Translations under genes and position numbers: made by a program
Shown here: positions 26,190-35,939 of the stretch, one piece after another
How the letters are laid out: every line of letters begins with the position of its first letter
Position numbering within the stretch: the first letter of the stretch is position 1
The notes under the pieces: model-generated
What the model was told of the DNA's origin: nothing
Seen by the model: only the letters and a program-made list of their open reading frames with translations
Database searches by the model: none
Origin: Lama guanicoe
Taxonomy: Eukaryota
Direction: 5' to 3'
Assembly (NCBI GenBank): GCA_013239625.1
Contig: MU054027.1
Location: forward strand, 1 to 48,298
Length of the DNA stretch: 48,298 nucleotides

Positions 26190-26837
26190 ATTTTGTGTCT
26201 TCCTTTTTAATTCTTATGTGTATAATCTCATTTTCTTGCCTTAAGGTGCTATTATTTCCACCAAAATATTATAAAAAAAAAAAGGAAGGAGAGTGGTAGT
26301 TATACTTGGTTTTTTACCTATGTCAAATAAATAATTTAAGAATTTCCCCAATAATAATACCCAATAATAATTTGTACTAATTTTTGATTCTTTTGATATG
26401 ATTAAGAAAGTATTCTTCTATTCCTAGTTTGCTCAGGGTTTGTTGTTAAATCATTAATAGATTGTTCTCTTGATTTAGTTGAGATACATCTAATGGTACA
26501 TATATATACACATACATAATATACACACAAACACATAAATAATATATAATACATAAATACACATTTTGATGCATTTATATCTGGACTTGAAATATACATA
26601 ATACATTTTATGTATTATTTACATATTTATAGACTGATGCATACATACATATATATACTTGCACTTGGTTTGGTAATTTGGGAAGGATTTTACACATATT
26701 CAGTGGTTAGTCTCGGTTAAAATTTTCCTTTCTTATACTGTCCTTGTCATCAGGATGACTATCAAAGTTTTGCTACGTATATAAATAAGCGAGTGTATCC
26801 TTTTAAAAAAATTTCCTGTAAGATTTTATATAAATCT
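26190..26837 (-). mobile_element. Old antisense L1 ORF2 fragment with TA-rich low-complexity insert
   Basis: ttcttctattcctagtttgct; aaattttcctttctt...tgtccttgtc; tttcctgtaagattttatataaa. Confidence 0.55.
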
Positions 26838-27315
26838 GCCTCCAGATGCACTCCGGACAGGGCTGGACTTGGCCCTCACTGGACTCTGGAGAGGACTCTC
26901 CGCCTTCTTTCCCGCCAAACTCCATGACAGCGGGCACCCTGGAAGGCTGCAACACGCTCCGAGGGGAGCTGCCCTCTGCCCAGGCCGGGAGCCTCCGGGG
27001 CCCTGGGCTCCTGCCCGGAGTCACCGAGGCAGTGGCCTCTGGCCGACCACTGCCCACTGGGATGCCCGGCCTGCGGGTCCCGTCGGACGTGGGTGCGCCA
27101 GGCTCGGCGCCCCCTCGCACACCCGCCTGATCCTGGGAGCTGCTCTGCCTCTGGGCCGGCTGGTTGTGGCAGCTTATGGCAAACTTAGCCTCAATCTTGT
27201 TCTCCTTGTTCCCGGAGACAACGGAGACAAACCTGTGCTTCTCCTTTTCCTCCAGCACATGCGGCCTCACGGCCACCCAGTCGGACTCGAGCGTCTCCTC
27301 GAGGGCCAACGACAT
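26803..27315 (-). pseudogene. JMY: Truncated JMY exon 1 copy; 170-aa ORF (JMY N-terminus, then frameshift and L1-derived tail)
   Basis: gccaccATG MSLALEETLESDWVAVRPHV...KFAISCHN...GRPEATAS...RSPGPRR...AWAEG matches the JMY N-terminus. Carries a 9-nt insertion and a +1 frameshift near 26955; homology ends at ~26838. No other JMY exon is in the window. Confidence 0.9.
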
Positions 27316-27960
27316 GGTGGCTCCGGCGCCAGGCCGCGGGGAAGGCGCCACCGGCCCTGCCCGCCAGGGGACTCACCGGCCGGCTGAGCCGCGCCCGGCC
27401 CCCGACCACTCAGCCTCGCCGGCGCCTTCGGCCATCCTAGCTCGCCGGCGGCTCTGCCCGCTCCCTTGCCCGCTGCTCCGCGCTCAGAGCGTCGCGCTCC
27501 CTTGTGGCTCGGCTGGCAGGAAAGACAATAGGCGCCCCGGAAGCAGGTAGCTCATAAGGTCACGCGCGGCGGGATCTGTTTACAAGCCCCGCGCTGCCGC
27601 GGCGCCTGCCACCCGCCCCGGCCTCCCCCAACCCTGGAGCGAGGCCCCGCGCCGCGTCTGCGGCGCTCTGCAGAAGAGGCGCGAGTTGCGTGAGGCCCGG
27701 TAGGTGGTCAGGCCGCGTGTGTGCGATGTCCCCGCCCCTCCTCCTTCTCTCCTGACCGCCTGGAGCCGGCCCGATGGAGACTCCTCTCCTAAATTCTGTG
27801 CCTCAGTGTCGCCACAGTGCTGCCATTTGGCTGCTGCCAACAGCTCCACGAGGGATGTAAACACGGGCATGTGCTGCACGCAAGTGACACGACAGCGGGG
27901 GCGCGCACACCCCGCCACCCTAGCATCCCAGCCCCCGCCCGCTGGTGCTTCGAGCCCTAC
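26850..27960 (-). promoter_or_regulatory. CpG island / JMY-derived promoter and 5'UTR
   Basis: Dense CpGs and GC boxes (ccgcccc) upstream of the JMY ATG, in an otherwise CpG-poor window. Confidence 0.8.
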
Positions 27961-28639
27961 TCTTCTTCCTTCCACGGAGCCTTCTTCTGCAGGCTGGAGA
28001 TGGCGATTATGGGCAGTAAGAGTGGCAGTTGTGCCCTGCGGTACAGGTGGCCTCTGAACCCAGGAAAAGAGGAACAAAAGCTGAGGAACTGAGAAGGTTT
28101 GAACTCCATGTATTCAAAAGTGACCCCCAAGTGAGTGTAAATTTTCCTTCATTCACCCAGAGGGATAACCCCTAAATTCAGAAAGTACTCCGTAAAATTA
28201 TGTGAACTATGTGCTATATTTTGTTGAGACCCCTTAGGCTGTTGAATTCTCTCCCAACACCCTCATGTTATTTTAAGATATGAAAGGAAGGTGTCTGAAG
28301 ACAACTCAGTAGAACTCCAAAACAAAGAAAATTAAGTGAAAATTCAAAAAACGAAAGAAAGAAAATAAACGGACACACCCCAAGCCCTGCTCATCTCAAG
28401 CTTCTCTGTGGTTCCTGGCTCCCTCTGCTTTTCCCCCATTCTATAGCAGCATCTTACAATTACTTTCTAAGATTTTTATTTTGTTTTTGTTATTGCTGCC
28501 TCTAAAAAAAATAAGAACTTAATACAGGTTGGAGTTTCAGAGGACAGCATTTAGGACACTGAATGTAAAATCGACAGCAGTTGAAATCATTGCGGCCGGC
28601 AGACATAGTTAAGGACCTCTTCAATCCAGTCTGAACTTT

Positions 28640-29245
28640 TCATTCACCAAGTGTTTATTGTGATACAAATGTGTACATGCCAAGAACTGTGCCCTTGATA
28701 AAGATGTGAAAAATAATAGATTTTTTTAAAGCTACTATTTCCTGAACACTTAGGTTGATAGGAGTTGCACATGCATTACTTCACTTAACCCTTACAATCT
28801 ACAAGAGAATTCAACGGAATTTAGATTTTTATTTCTAATATGTGCTAAATGGGCTAGGACAGTCATCATCCCTGCCCTAGTGGAGTCTTTGGTCTAGGGG
28901 AGCAGATAGACAAGTGATCTGACGGCTGCAATTCTGTATGACAACAGCTATTGTAGGAGAGGTACCATGTGGTTGAAAGATATTAGAGATCGCCTCAACC
29001 ACTGGGAGGATGGAGAAGGCTTCCAAGAGGAAATAAAGGCTAAATCAAAACCTGAACCACCTAAAGGATGAAGCAGCAAGGGTTGATGAAGAGGAATAGG
29101 CCACTTTCAGTGAGAAAAACCCATGTGAAAAGATGCTGAAAGTCCCTGTGTTGTCCCCCCATTTTACAAACAAGAGAAATGAAGCACAGAGGTGATGTAA
29201 CTTCCTCAAAGTCATAGGGGCTGAACCAGAATTCAAACCTTGTTT
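28640..29245 (-). mobile_element. L2 and MIR fragments
   Basis: cattcaccaagtgtttattg; ccctgccctagtggag; cccattttacaaac...gaagcacagaggtga. Confidence 0.55.
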
Positions 29246-29304
29246 TCACTTCCTTCCTTATCCAACTTCCATTCTCTCACCCTTCCAGTGGTCTTTTGTC
29301 AATA

Positions 29305-29380
29305 CAGTTGACCCTTGAACAACGGGTTGAACTGTAAGCGTCCATTTATACATGGATTTTTTGCCCCGATAGATACCTGG
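29305..29380 (+). mobile_element. Tigger2-family left end
   Basis: TA followed by cagttgacccttgaacaacgggttgaactg...tccatttatacatggattttt. No right TIR seen. Confidence 0.7.
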
Positions 29381-29469
29381 TAAGCAGACTCCTACGATCA
29401 GCTGTCACAATGGAAAATCCAGGTCCTTCACCCAATCTCTGGATTTATTTGATTTCAACAGACCCAGAT

Positions 29470-30290
29470 ACCATTGGCTAAAAGGGAGGGTGAGTGCCCG
29501 TGAGGAAGGACTCTGTAATGGCATAAAAATCACTATAAACACTCTCCCTACCCTTCCACAAAGGGCCTTATGGGAATACAGTACCAGCCATTTTTTGCAC
29601 TTGAATGTTGCCCTAAATAAAAGGGTCTACAGGAGGTCCAGGCAGTTGTGCCAGTTTCCTGGAAGCTTAGGCCATATGAACCAGCAGATCTGATGGTAGC
29701 TAGAAATATCTGTGCTAAATGATTAAAGAGGAAAAACGCTGGCCTGGTTCACATGTGGGTCAGGGTGATATGCTGATGGCAGCCATAGGTGAGCTGTTTT
29801 CACACTACAGCTGCACTCAGAGCTCTCCCTAAAGGAATGTATCCCTGAGGGGAGATCCTCCCAGTGGGAAGAGTTCCGAACAGAACAATTCATACATTAC
29901 ATCATATGGAGGCAGAAGCGGCCTGAGCTATGGGTATGTATAGACTACTGTGAAGTAACAAGTGACTTTTTGTCAGGGTCCTTGATAAAGAAAAATTTAA
30001 AAAAAAAAAGAGACAAGGAAATCTTGGGGGAAGAGGCATGTGGATGGATCAACGGGAGCAGGTATACAGCATGCCAACCGTTGTCTCACGCTAGTACCCA
30101 CCAAAGAGCGTTCTCTGAATAGAAGATGCTCAGCAACCAAGTGGACAGCTTAGTTTGCTCTGTGAATGTGAACCATACTCCATCCTTCACCTTAGAGACC
30201 CCACCGTTTGGACGACTGGCCCATGAACAGAGATGACACTATGGCTGGGAAGAGCCATACAATTCCAACAAAGCTTTCACCAATGCTTCT
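29470..30290 (+). mobile_element. ERVL/MaLR internal pol (RNase H) relic
   Basis: gccatatgaaccagcagatc; gcctggttcaca; tcctcccagtggg (cf. ERVL AWFTDGS...SSQWAEL...KWP). Confidence 0.65.
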
Positions 30291-31364
30291 AACAAGTTCT
30301 GAAATGAATTTCATCCCCCTCCCCTCCCTCATCTGCCCTCTGCATGAGGTTTTCATGAACGATGAACTGGTTCTCACGGTGAAAGCCAAAGGGAGAGAAA
30401 TTCGGAATAACCCAGCATCTACGTTGATAATCAAGGATATTAAGAGCAGCGTTAGTTCTGTAACCCCACTGCCTTATTAAAGCAATCCATTTAACTCTGG
30501 GAAAACTGCATAAGGGACAAAAGAACATCCAATTCAGCTTTATTTCATGCTCATATACCCAAGCCTTCAGTGGCCTTCTGCTCCTTCAAGTTGGAAACAC
30601 CGGTTCTTCTTTGCTTCTATTTCTAGTAGAAAAGTTACTTATGTTTCAATTTTTATTTATTTACTTATTTGCTTACTGATTGTTGAATACCTGCTCTTTC
30701 TCCTTCTCCTACTAGATCATAAATTTTTTTCAGGGTGGGTATTGTGTTATTAATTTTTGTATCAGGCCAATGTTTTGAACAAGTCAGTTGTTGAAACTAT
30801 TGGCTTTATTGTCTCTTTGTTCCATTTTCTTATCTCATGGTTTAAGTTATAACTGAAAACATTTCTACAATGATTGTTACATGTTATATGTATGGGGGTA
30901 ATGCTGCCCCACCCCTGTGTATTGGGGAGAGAGTGTATCCTTTGGCCTGAGCCTGGGCAGCCACATTATTTCTAGGTAGGAGAAATTACAGTCACAGTCT
31001 AAATGTGGTGATGATCCATTATGACTTTCTCTAACTTCAGAAATAGCCATGAAAACCAAATGTCTAGGGGTACCACAGTGAGACACGTAGGAACTGTAGC
31101 ATCTTTTACATCAGCTCAGCATCTGCTCAGAGTCAACCCACGTGTCTCCACCTTGCTGGGGTCTAGAAAATGGATGAATGAGTTGCTTCATTTGATCTGG
31201 ATAAATACTGCATCAATGGAAAAATGCTCTCATTTTATGTCTTAATTCTCAAAGATTTGGAATAAAGGAATAATCTTGACTAATGGCTTACTGTTTCATA
31301 ATAGGGTTACTCAGAGTCCTTAGAATCAGGAAGGCCCTTGGTGATGACCTTTGGGATAAGGTAC

Positions 31365-31509
31365 CTGCCCAATATGTTTGAGAAGTCTGAAGAAGCTTTG
31401 CTATTTCCACCACATTTTACTCATAAATTAATGTAACAAGTTAAAGTAACTGTCTTGAGGAGTTTAATTTCCATCCTCTTTTAAAAATAAACACATTTAG
31501 GCTGTTCAC
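31365..31509 (-). pseudogene. TEX15-like exon E
   Basis: ttttcagtgtag|...QDSYFNLL/IYE*NVVEIA...CAG|gtacct, cf. LQDNNMDNIFITEENVLDVV. Confidence 0.45.
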
Positions 31510-32182
31510 CTACACTGAAAAGCTATTTTCTAATACATAAATGAAGATGCAGGATTAATGATCCCCATTCCAAGTCCCCACTGGGAAGACAGGAGGTAAT
31601 GATTTATTTTGTCTAAAAAAAGAGAATAAAACCCAAGAGATTATAGCCTCCATATTTCAAGGTTGTTTCTGATTTCTTGATACTCTTTTAAAGGAGATAA
31701 ATTTGAGTTAATTTTAGTTGAAACTGAGTCTTTTATCTAAAAATATGTAACACAGACACTGCAAGAAATAAAGAAGTAAAGTCACATATTAATAAAAACA
31801 TATTTTTTGTGTAAATCTAAGAAGCCATGGGCTTAATAAGGGGACTCTCACAGGAGTCCCAGCTATGATTTTAATCATGGAGGTAGACCCTGTATACAGT
31901 TTGGAAGCACCACCATCACAAATATACTTTGTTTGAACACAAGCATCCAGGAATATGGGAGACAAATGGCCAGAGATGTCCACCATCCTGGGGGATGAAG
32001 TTGGATGGTCTGAGAACTCCCAGTTGTGTGCAGCAGAGCCACAGGCAGGTGAAACACATGAGTAGGGAGGCAGGGCTGGCAGGGCTAGCCGCCAACGGAG
32101 TGAAAACCAACTAGGGGCAGGCTACTGCGAAGGTAGCATCTGACATTGAGAATTATATATTTTTGGCCCAGATCAACAGTCC

Positions 32183-32957
32183 TTTTTTTCTTACTAGAAT
32201 CTTTTTTTAACTTAGGAAAAAAAAAACCAAACAAAAAAATTTTCCAACCACACACAGAAAGGCTGCAAGTAGGGGGAGGTGTCCATCCAGCCCTGGCCCC
32301 CTGCCCATGTGGTTTGGGCAGCAATAAGGGGTATGGGTAATGGCCTCCAAAATAAAAATGGTGTATGTGTGTGTGGGAAGGAGAGGGGTGCAAACACAGT
32401 GGGGAGTGGTGGGGGGAAGGGACGGACGAGGTCAGTACTGGAACAGCACAGGTGGGAGGCCACTTCATAACATTTCTTGTTGATCCTAGGACCATGGACA
32501 CCTTCTTTGCCCATCAACAGGACTAGCGTCTTGGCAGTCATGGTGACTGTGACATTGAAGGTGAGGGCTCCACCAATGCTCTTTGTACCAAGATCCATGG
32601 TAAATTCCCCATCCTGCAGCAGTGAGTCCCAGATAACAGGACATTTCTGGCCCCCAAGCCTTAGCCCATTCACTAAAAAACTTGACTGGTCTTTGCCAAC
32701 CAGGACAACAACCTCAGCTAGAGTGATGTTAGCAAAGGTTTTCCAGGGACGACGGCTCAGATGGAGGGCAAGTCCTTGGAGCCCACGATGGCTGCGTCCT
32801 GACAGGTCCCAGGAGGCTGTGAATGCAGGTGTTCCCCCAGCCAAGGCGCTGCTGCTGGGGCTGCGGGCTGGGCTCGGGTGGCATCGGGCTGGTGGGCGGG
32901 GGAAGGTGGGCACTTGGGGCGCTCGCTGCCTCCCAGACCGCGGCTCTGTGAGCTGTC
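32183..32957 (-). pseudogene. PFN1: Full-length processed profilin-1 pseudogene
   Basis: Intronless, with 5'UTR, CDS remnant 32432-32844 (ATG>TTG, 7-nt deletion, TGA, frameshifts), 3'UTR and short poly(A). TSD tcaacagt..ttt at 32173-32186 and 32958-32970. Confidence 0.95.
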
Positions 32958-33280
32958 TCAACAGTATTTTATAGTCTGAATAATACAACCAGAATATACT
33001 GCTGAACTGAATTTGTTTTACATATTCAGGTCTGGTAAGTCTTCAAGAACAAAAGACTATTTTTCTTTATGGTTTCTTTTTATATTTTGAAAAGCTCTCT
33101 AGTCTTTAAAGATTAAAATCTCAGGACATGATAGAATTTGTAATTTGAATTTTGTTAAAAACATATACATATACATATAATCTCAGAAAAAAATGCATAG
33201 GCCATATATGAAAATTGTCTGGGCGGGGGGCCATATTTGACTAATTTTATTTATGCTTTATTATATTTTTCTAATCTGTT

Positions 33281-33401
33281 TAAAAAAATTTTGTGGGGAG
33301 AATTAGGTTTACTCATTTATTTTTAATGGAGGTACGGGGAATTGAACCTAGGGCATTGTGCGTGCTATGGATGTGCTCCACCACTGAGCTACACCCTCCC
33401 C
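33281..33401 (-). mobile_element. Camelid tRNA-derived SINE (vic-1 type)
   Basis: aattaggttta...ggggaattgaacctaggg...ccactgagctacaccctcccc. Confidence 0.88.
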
Positions 33402-33493
33402 TACAACCTGCTTTTTGAAGCATAGTCTTTTTAAAAAGAGGGCAAGTACCAAGTTACACATGAAACTTGCAAATATGCACTACCCTTGCTTAC

Positions 33494-33686
33494 ATTAAAA
33501 AAAAGTTTTTTATTGAGACTTTTTGGGAAGAAATCAATTATCAGAGATGAAATTCAAGTTCTCTGTTTAATTTCTATTTAAAAATAAATTTCTAATTTAT
33601 AAAAGCAATAAAGCCTTGAATTTTCTGAGAAATTATTGTAAACATGGTTGCATCACTCATGTTTCTGTCTCTTTCATGGGGAGTTC
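33494..33686 (-). pseudogene. TEX15-like exon D (weak)
   Basis: ttctcgcattag|GTPHERDRN...SQKIQGF...KLNRE...|gtaagc. Only loosely similar to the inter-domain linker (LQKIYD...DLNNE). Confidence 0.35.
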
Positions 33687-34095
33687 CTAATGCGAGAATT
33701 TTAGATTTTAAAAAATTCATGGAAGACTGAACAATCAGTAAACTTTTAAGACTATTTATAATTTAAGTGAAAATAAAATCAGTTATTATAATTTGTATTA
33801 AGATTTCACATTGCAGAAGGGGTCCAAAGTAATAATGCTCTAATAGTAAAATAAATAAGTAAATATTAAGCTCAGAATGGTGGCTGTGCAGGTTGAGACT
33901 TATGATAAAATATACTCCATCCATTGTTGCTTATCTAGGTCATGGTGAATCTAAATATTCCTTCCTAAGGCTGAAGAGTCACGTATTATTTGATTTTCAT
34001 GGCATATGAGACTAAAGGCAGGAACCCAGGGTGAAGAAGGGAATGCAGTTTAGAGACAGGAGTAGGGAAGGGACAAACAGACATGTTAATAGTTT

Positions 34096-34233
34096 TAATT
34101 TTCTTTAATTTTGGAGGGTGGGGCAGGTAATTAGGTTTACCTTTTTATTTCCTTTGGTGTAGGTGCCGGGGATTGAACCTAGGACCTCATGCATGCTAAG
34201 TGTGCACTCTACCACTGTGCTATAACCTCCCCC
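34096..34233 (-). mobile_element. Camelid tRNA-derived SINE (vic-1 type)
   Basis: ggtaattaggttta...ggggattgaacctagg...ctaccactg. Perfect TSD tgttaatagttt at 34084-34095 and 34234-34245. Confidence 0.92.
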
Positions 34234-34263
34234 TGTTAATAGTTTCATAAGACTACTGCTCAC

Positions 34264-34417
34264 ATCTACACTGGCCCAACACATTATGACAGAACCCAAG
34301 CAAGACTATGTGGACTAGAAGGATTCTCAAAACCCCAGAGTAACAGTCTATCAAAATTAATTTCTGAAGACTACTGGAATACCAAAACATCTGAGGCACA
34401 CTGATGAAGTCCCTAAG
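34264..34417 (-). pseudogene. TEX15-like exon C
   Basis: tttcatttcacag|...EINFDRLLLWGFENPSSPHSLAW...|gtgagc, cf. EAVRVKISLYGLEHIFFDAAKNLVW. Confidence 0.55.
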
Positions 34418-34569
34418 CTGTGAAATGAAAAACTAAGTTTGTGTATGTAAAGAAACAATATATCACTGATTCTCACAACCAGAGAATAATTACACTTCCC
34501 CCTGAATTATGTATGTTTATTCCTCACACAATTTTCCCACTTGAATTATAGTATCATTTCTTTCTCCAG

Positions 34570-34811
34570 TTAGCTATGTCAGTTTGATTTCCTTTTCGCA
34601 AGCTTGGTGCATGTTGGTGGGAAAGCCATCACATTTTTTGAACACTGTCTCTCAAATGCTTGAGGAACAATAATTCTCTGTGCCTCCAAGAGGCATCCAA
34701 CTTTCAGCTGACAGTAGTGTTTGTTGAAGAATCAAACTGCTTTTAGGCCAGCAGCTAAGAGGACCTCAAATAGAATATCTCATCCCTGAAACAGATGATC
34801 ATTATTCACAG
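34570..34811 (+). pseudogene. Unidentified coding exon with two in-frame stops
   Basis: tttctttctccag|...CAG|gtgctt, 242 nt: SYVSLISFSQAWCMLVGKPSHFLNTVSQMLEEQ*FSVPPRGIQLSADSSVC*RIKLLLGQQLRGPQIEYLIPETDDHYSQ. Confidence 0.55.
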
Positions 34812-35200
34812 GTGCTTTACATCACCTCTCAGATAATTTTAATAGTATAAAGAACATACTGTCTTCTATTTATGTTGTTGATCAAAAAATTTAATACTTA
34901 GTATGAAAGTTATTGTCTTTAGAAATTTAATAGCTATAATATATGCTGACATTTATCAAATTTTATATTGTTATACTGACATATTGTGCTACATTAAGAG
35001 TTCAAGGAATAAAGTAATTTATTTCACCATAGGTTAGATTTCATTTTCTAGAATTTTATATGAATGGAATCATACAATGCCTATTCTTTTGTCTAAATCT
35101 TTCCCTCAGTACAATTATTTTGAGATTCATCTATGTTGTTGCACATACCGATGAATAACTCCTTTTTATTGTTGAAAATAAAGAGTTTAGGAAATCTTAT

Positions 35201-35340
35201 CTCATTTGCAATCTGAAATCTAGACAGAGACAACAGGTTCTTCATTGTCTTCATAACACAAGAAAGGCAATATCAACTTTCACGTGTATGAGTATTACCC
35301 AACAGGATTTGATTACTTTTGAAATTGCTTTAAAGTTCAT
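35201..35340 (-). pseudogene. TEX15-like exon B
   Basis: ttattttatag|MNFKAISKVIKS...YCLSCVMKTMKNLLSLSRFQIANE|ataaga (donor G>A), cf. STLKLINV...DHLWIIIEMISSKVNFIKNNE. Confidence 0.45.
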
Positions 35341-35684
35341 CTATAAAATAATGGACAACTTTTCACAGTTGCTACACTACCCTGCTTAAAACTAGTTTAG
35401 GCAATAAATTAATGGCACATAAGCTTTGGTACGTATATAACCTTAGTATTATGCCAAAGACCACACCATAATGAATGTTAGAACTGAATGGAGTTGAGAG
35501 GTGCTAATTAAGAAGCTGATGGCCAGTGTTCACACCAGGAGTGCCTTCCAGCTTGCAATTGTCTTGTAAAGTTCTGGGAATTGTCAGTTCCTGGACCAGA
35601 GGAAGATGGTGCCTCTACTGCTGTCATAATGTGTTGATCCACAGATCACTCACAGACTCTGACACATTCTCTCTAGGGGAGCCA

Positions 35685-35938
35685 CAAAAACTATTCAACA
35701 AACTTTACTGAGAACATATTTTCTCCCTGGCACAATGTCTGGCTCCAAAGGCACAGAGATAAAGACATAGTCCCTGTTAAGCAGAACTCACTGTTGAGAT
35801 GGAACATTGAATTGTGACATGACATAATAATTACAACACCCTATGAGAAGTGATCCAATAAAATGTGGTGACCACAAACAAAAGAAGAGCCAGCTCTGTC
35901 TTCACAAAGGAGGTGACATCAGATGAGTTTTGATAGGT
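35685..35938 (-). mobile_element. L2 3' fragment
   Basis: attcaacaaactttactgag...aagacatagtccctg...ggaggtgacat. Confidence 0.6.
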
Positions 35939-35939
35939 G

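Noticed and set aside
26495..26660. TA/CA-rich quasi-periodic tract
   Set aside because: Degenerate microsatellite with no repeat-spacer organisation; no CRISPR-like array anywhere in the window.
26846..28092. Several overlapping 70-170 aa ORFs on both strands
   Set aside because: Expected in GC-rich CpG-island DNA; only the JMY frame shows homology.
26803..32957. JMY and PFN1, both actin regulators, lying 5 kb apart
   Set aside because: They arrived by different mechanisms (DNA duplication vs retrotransposition) and PFN1 is disabled; likely coincidence.
32212..32988. 258-aa ORF containing a profilin segment
   Set aside because: Chance read-through of a pseudogene: the start codon is lost, the N-terminus is out of frame and the C-terminus frameshifts into the 3'UTR.
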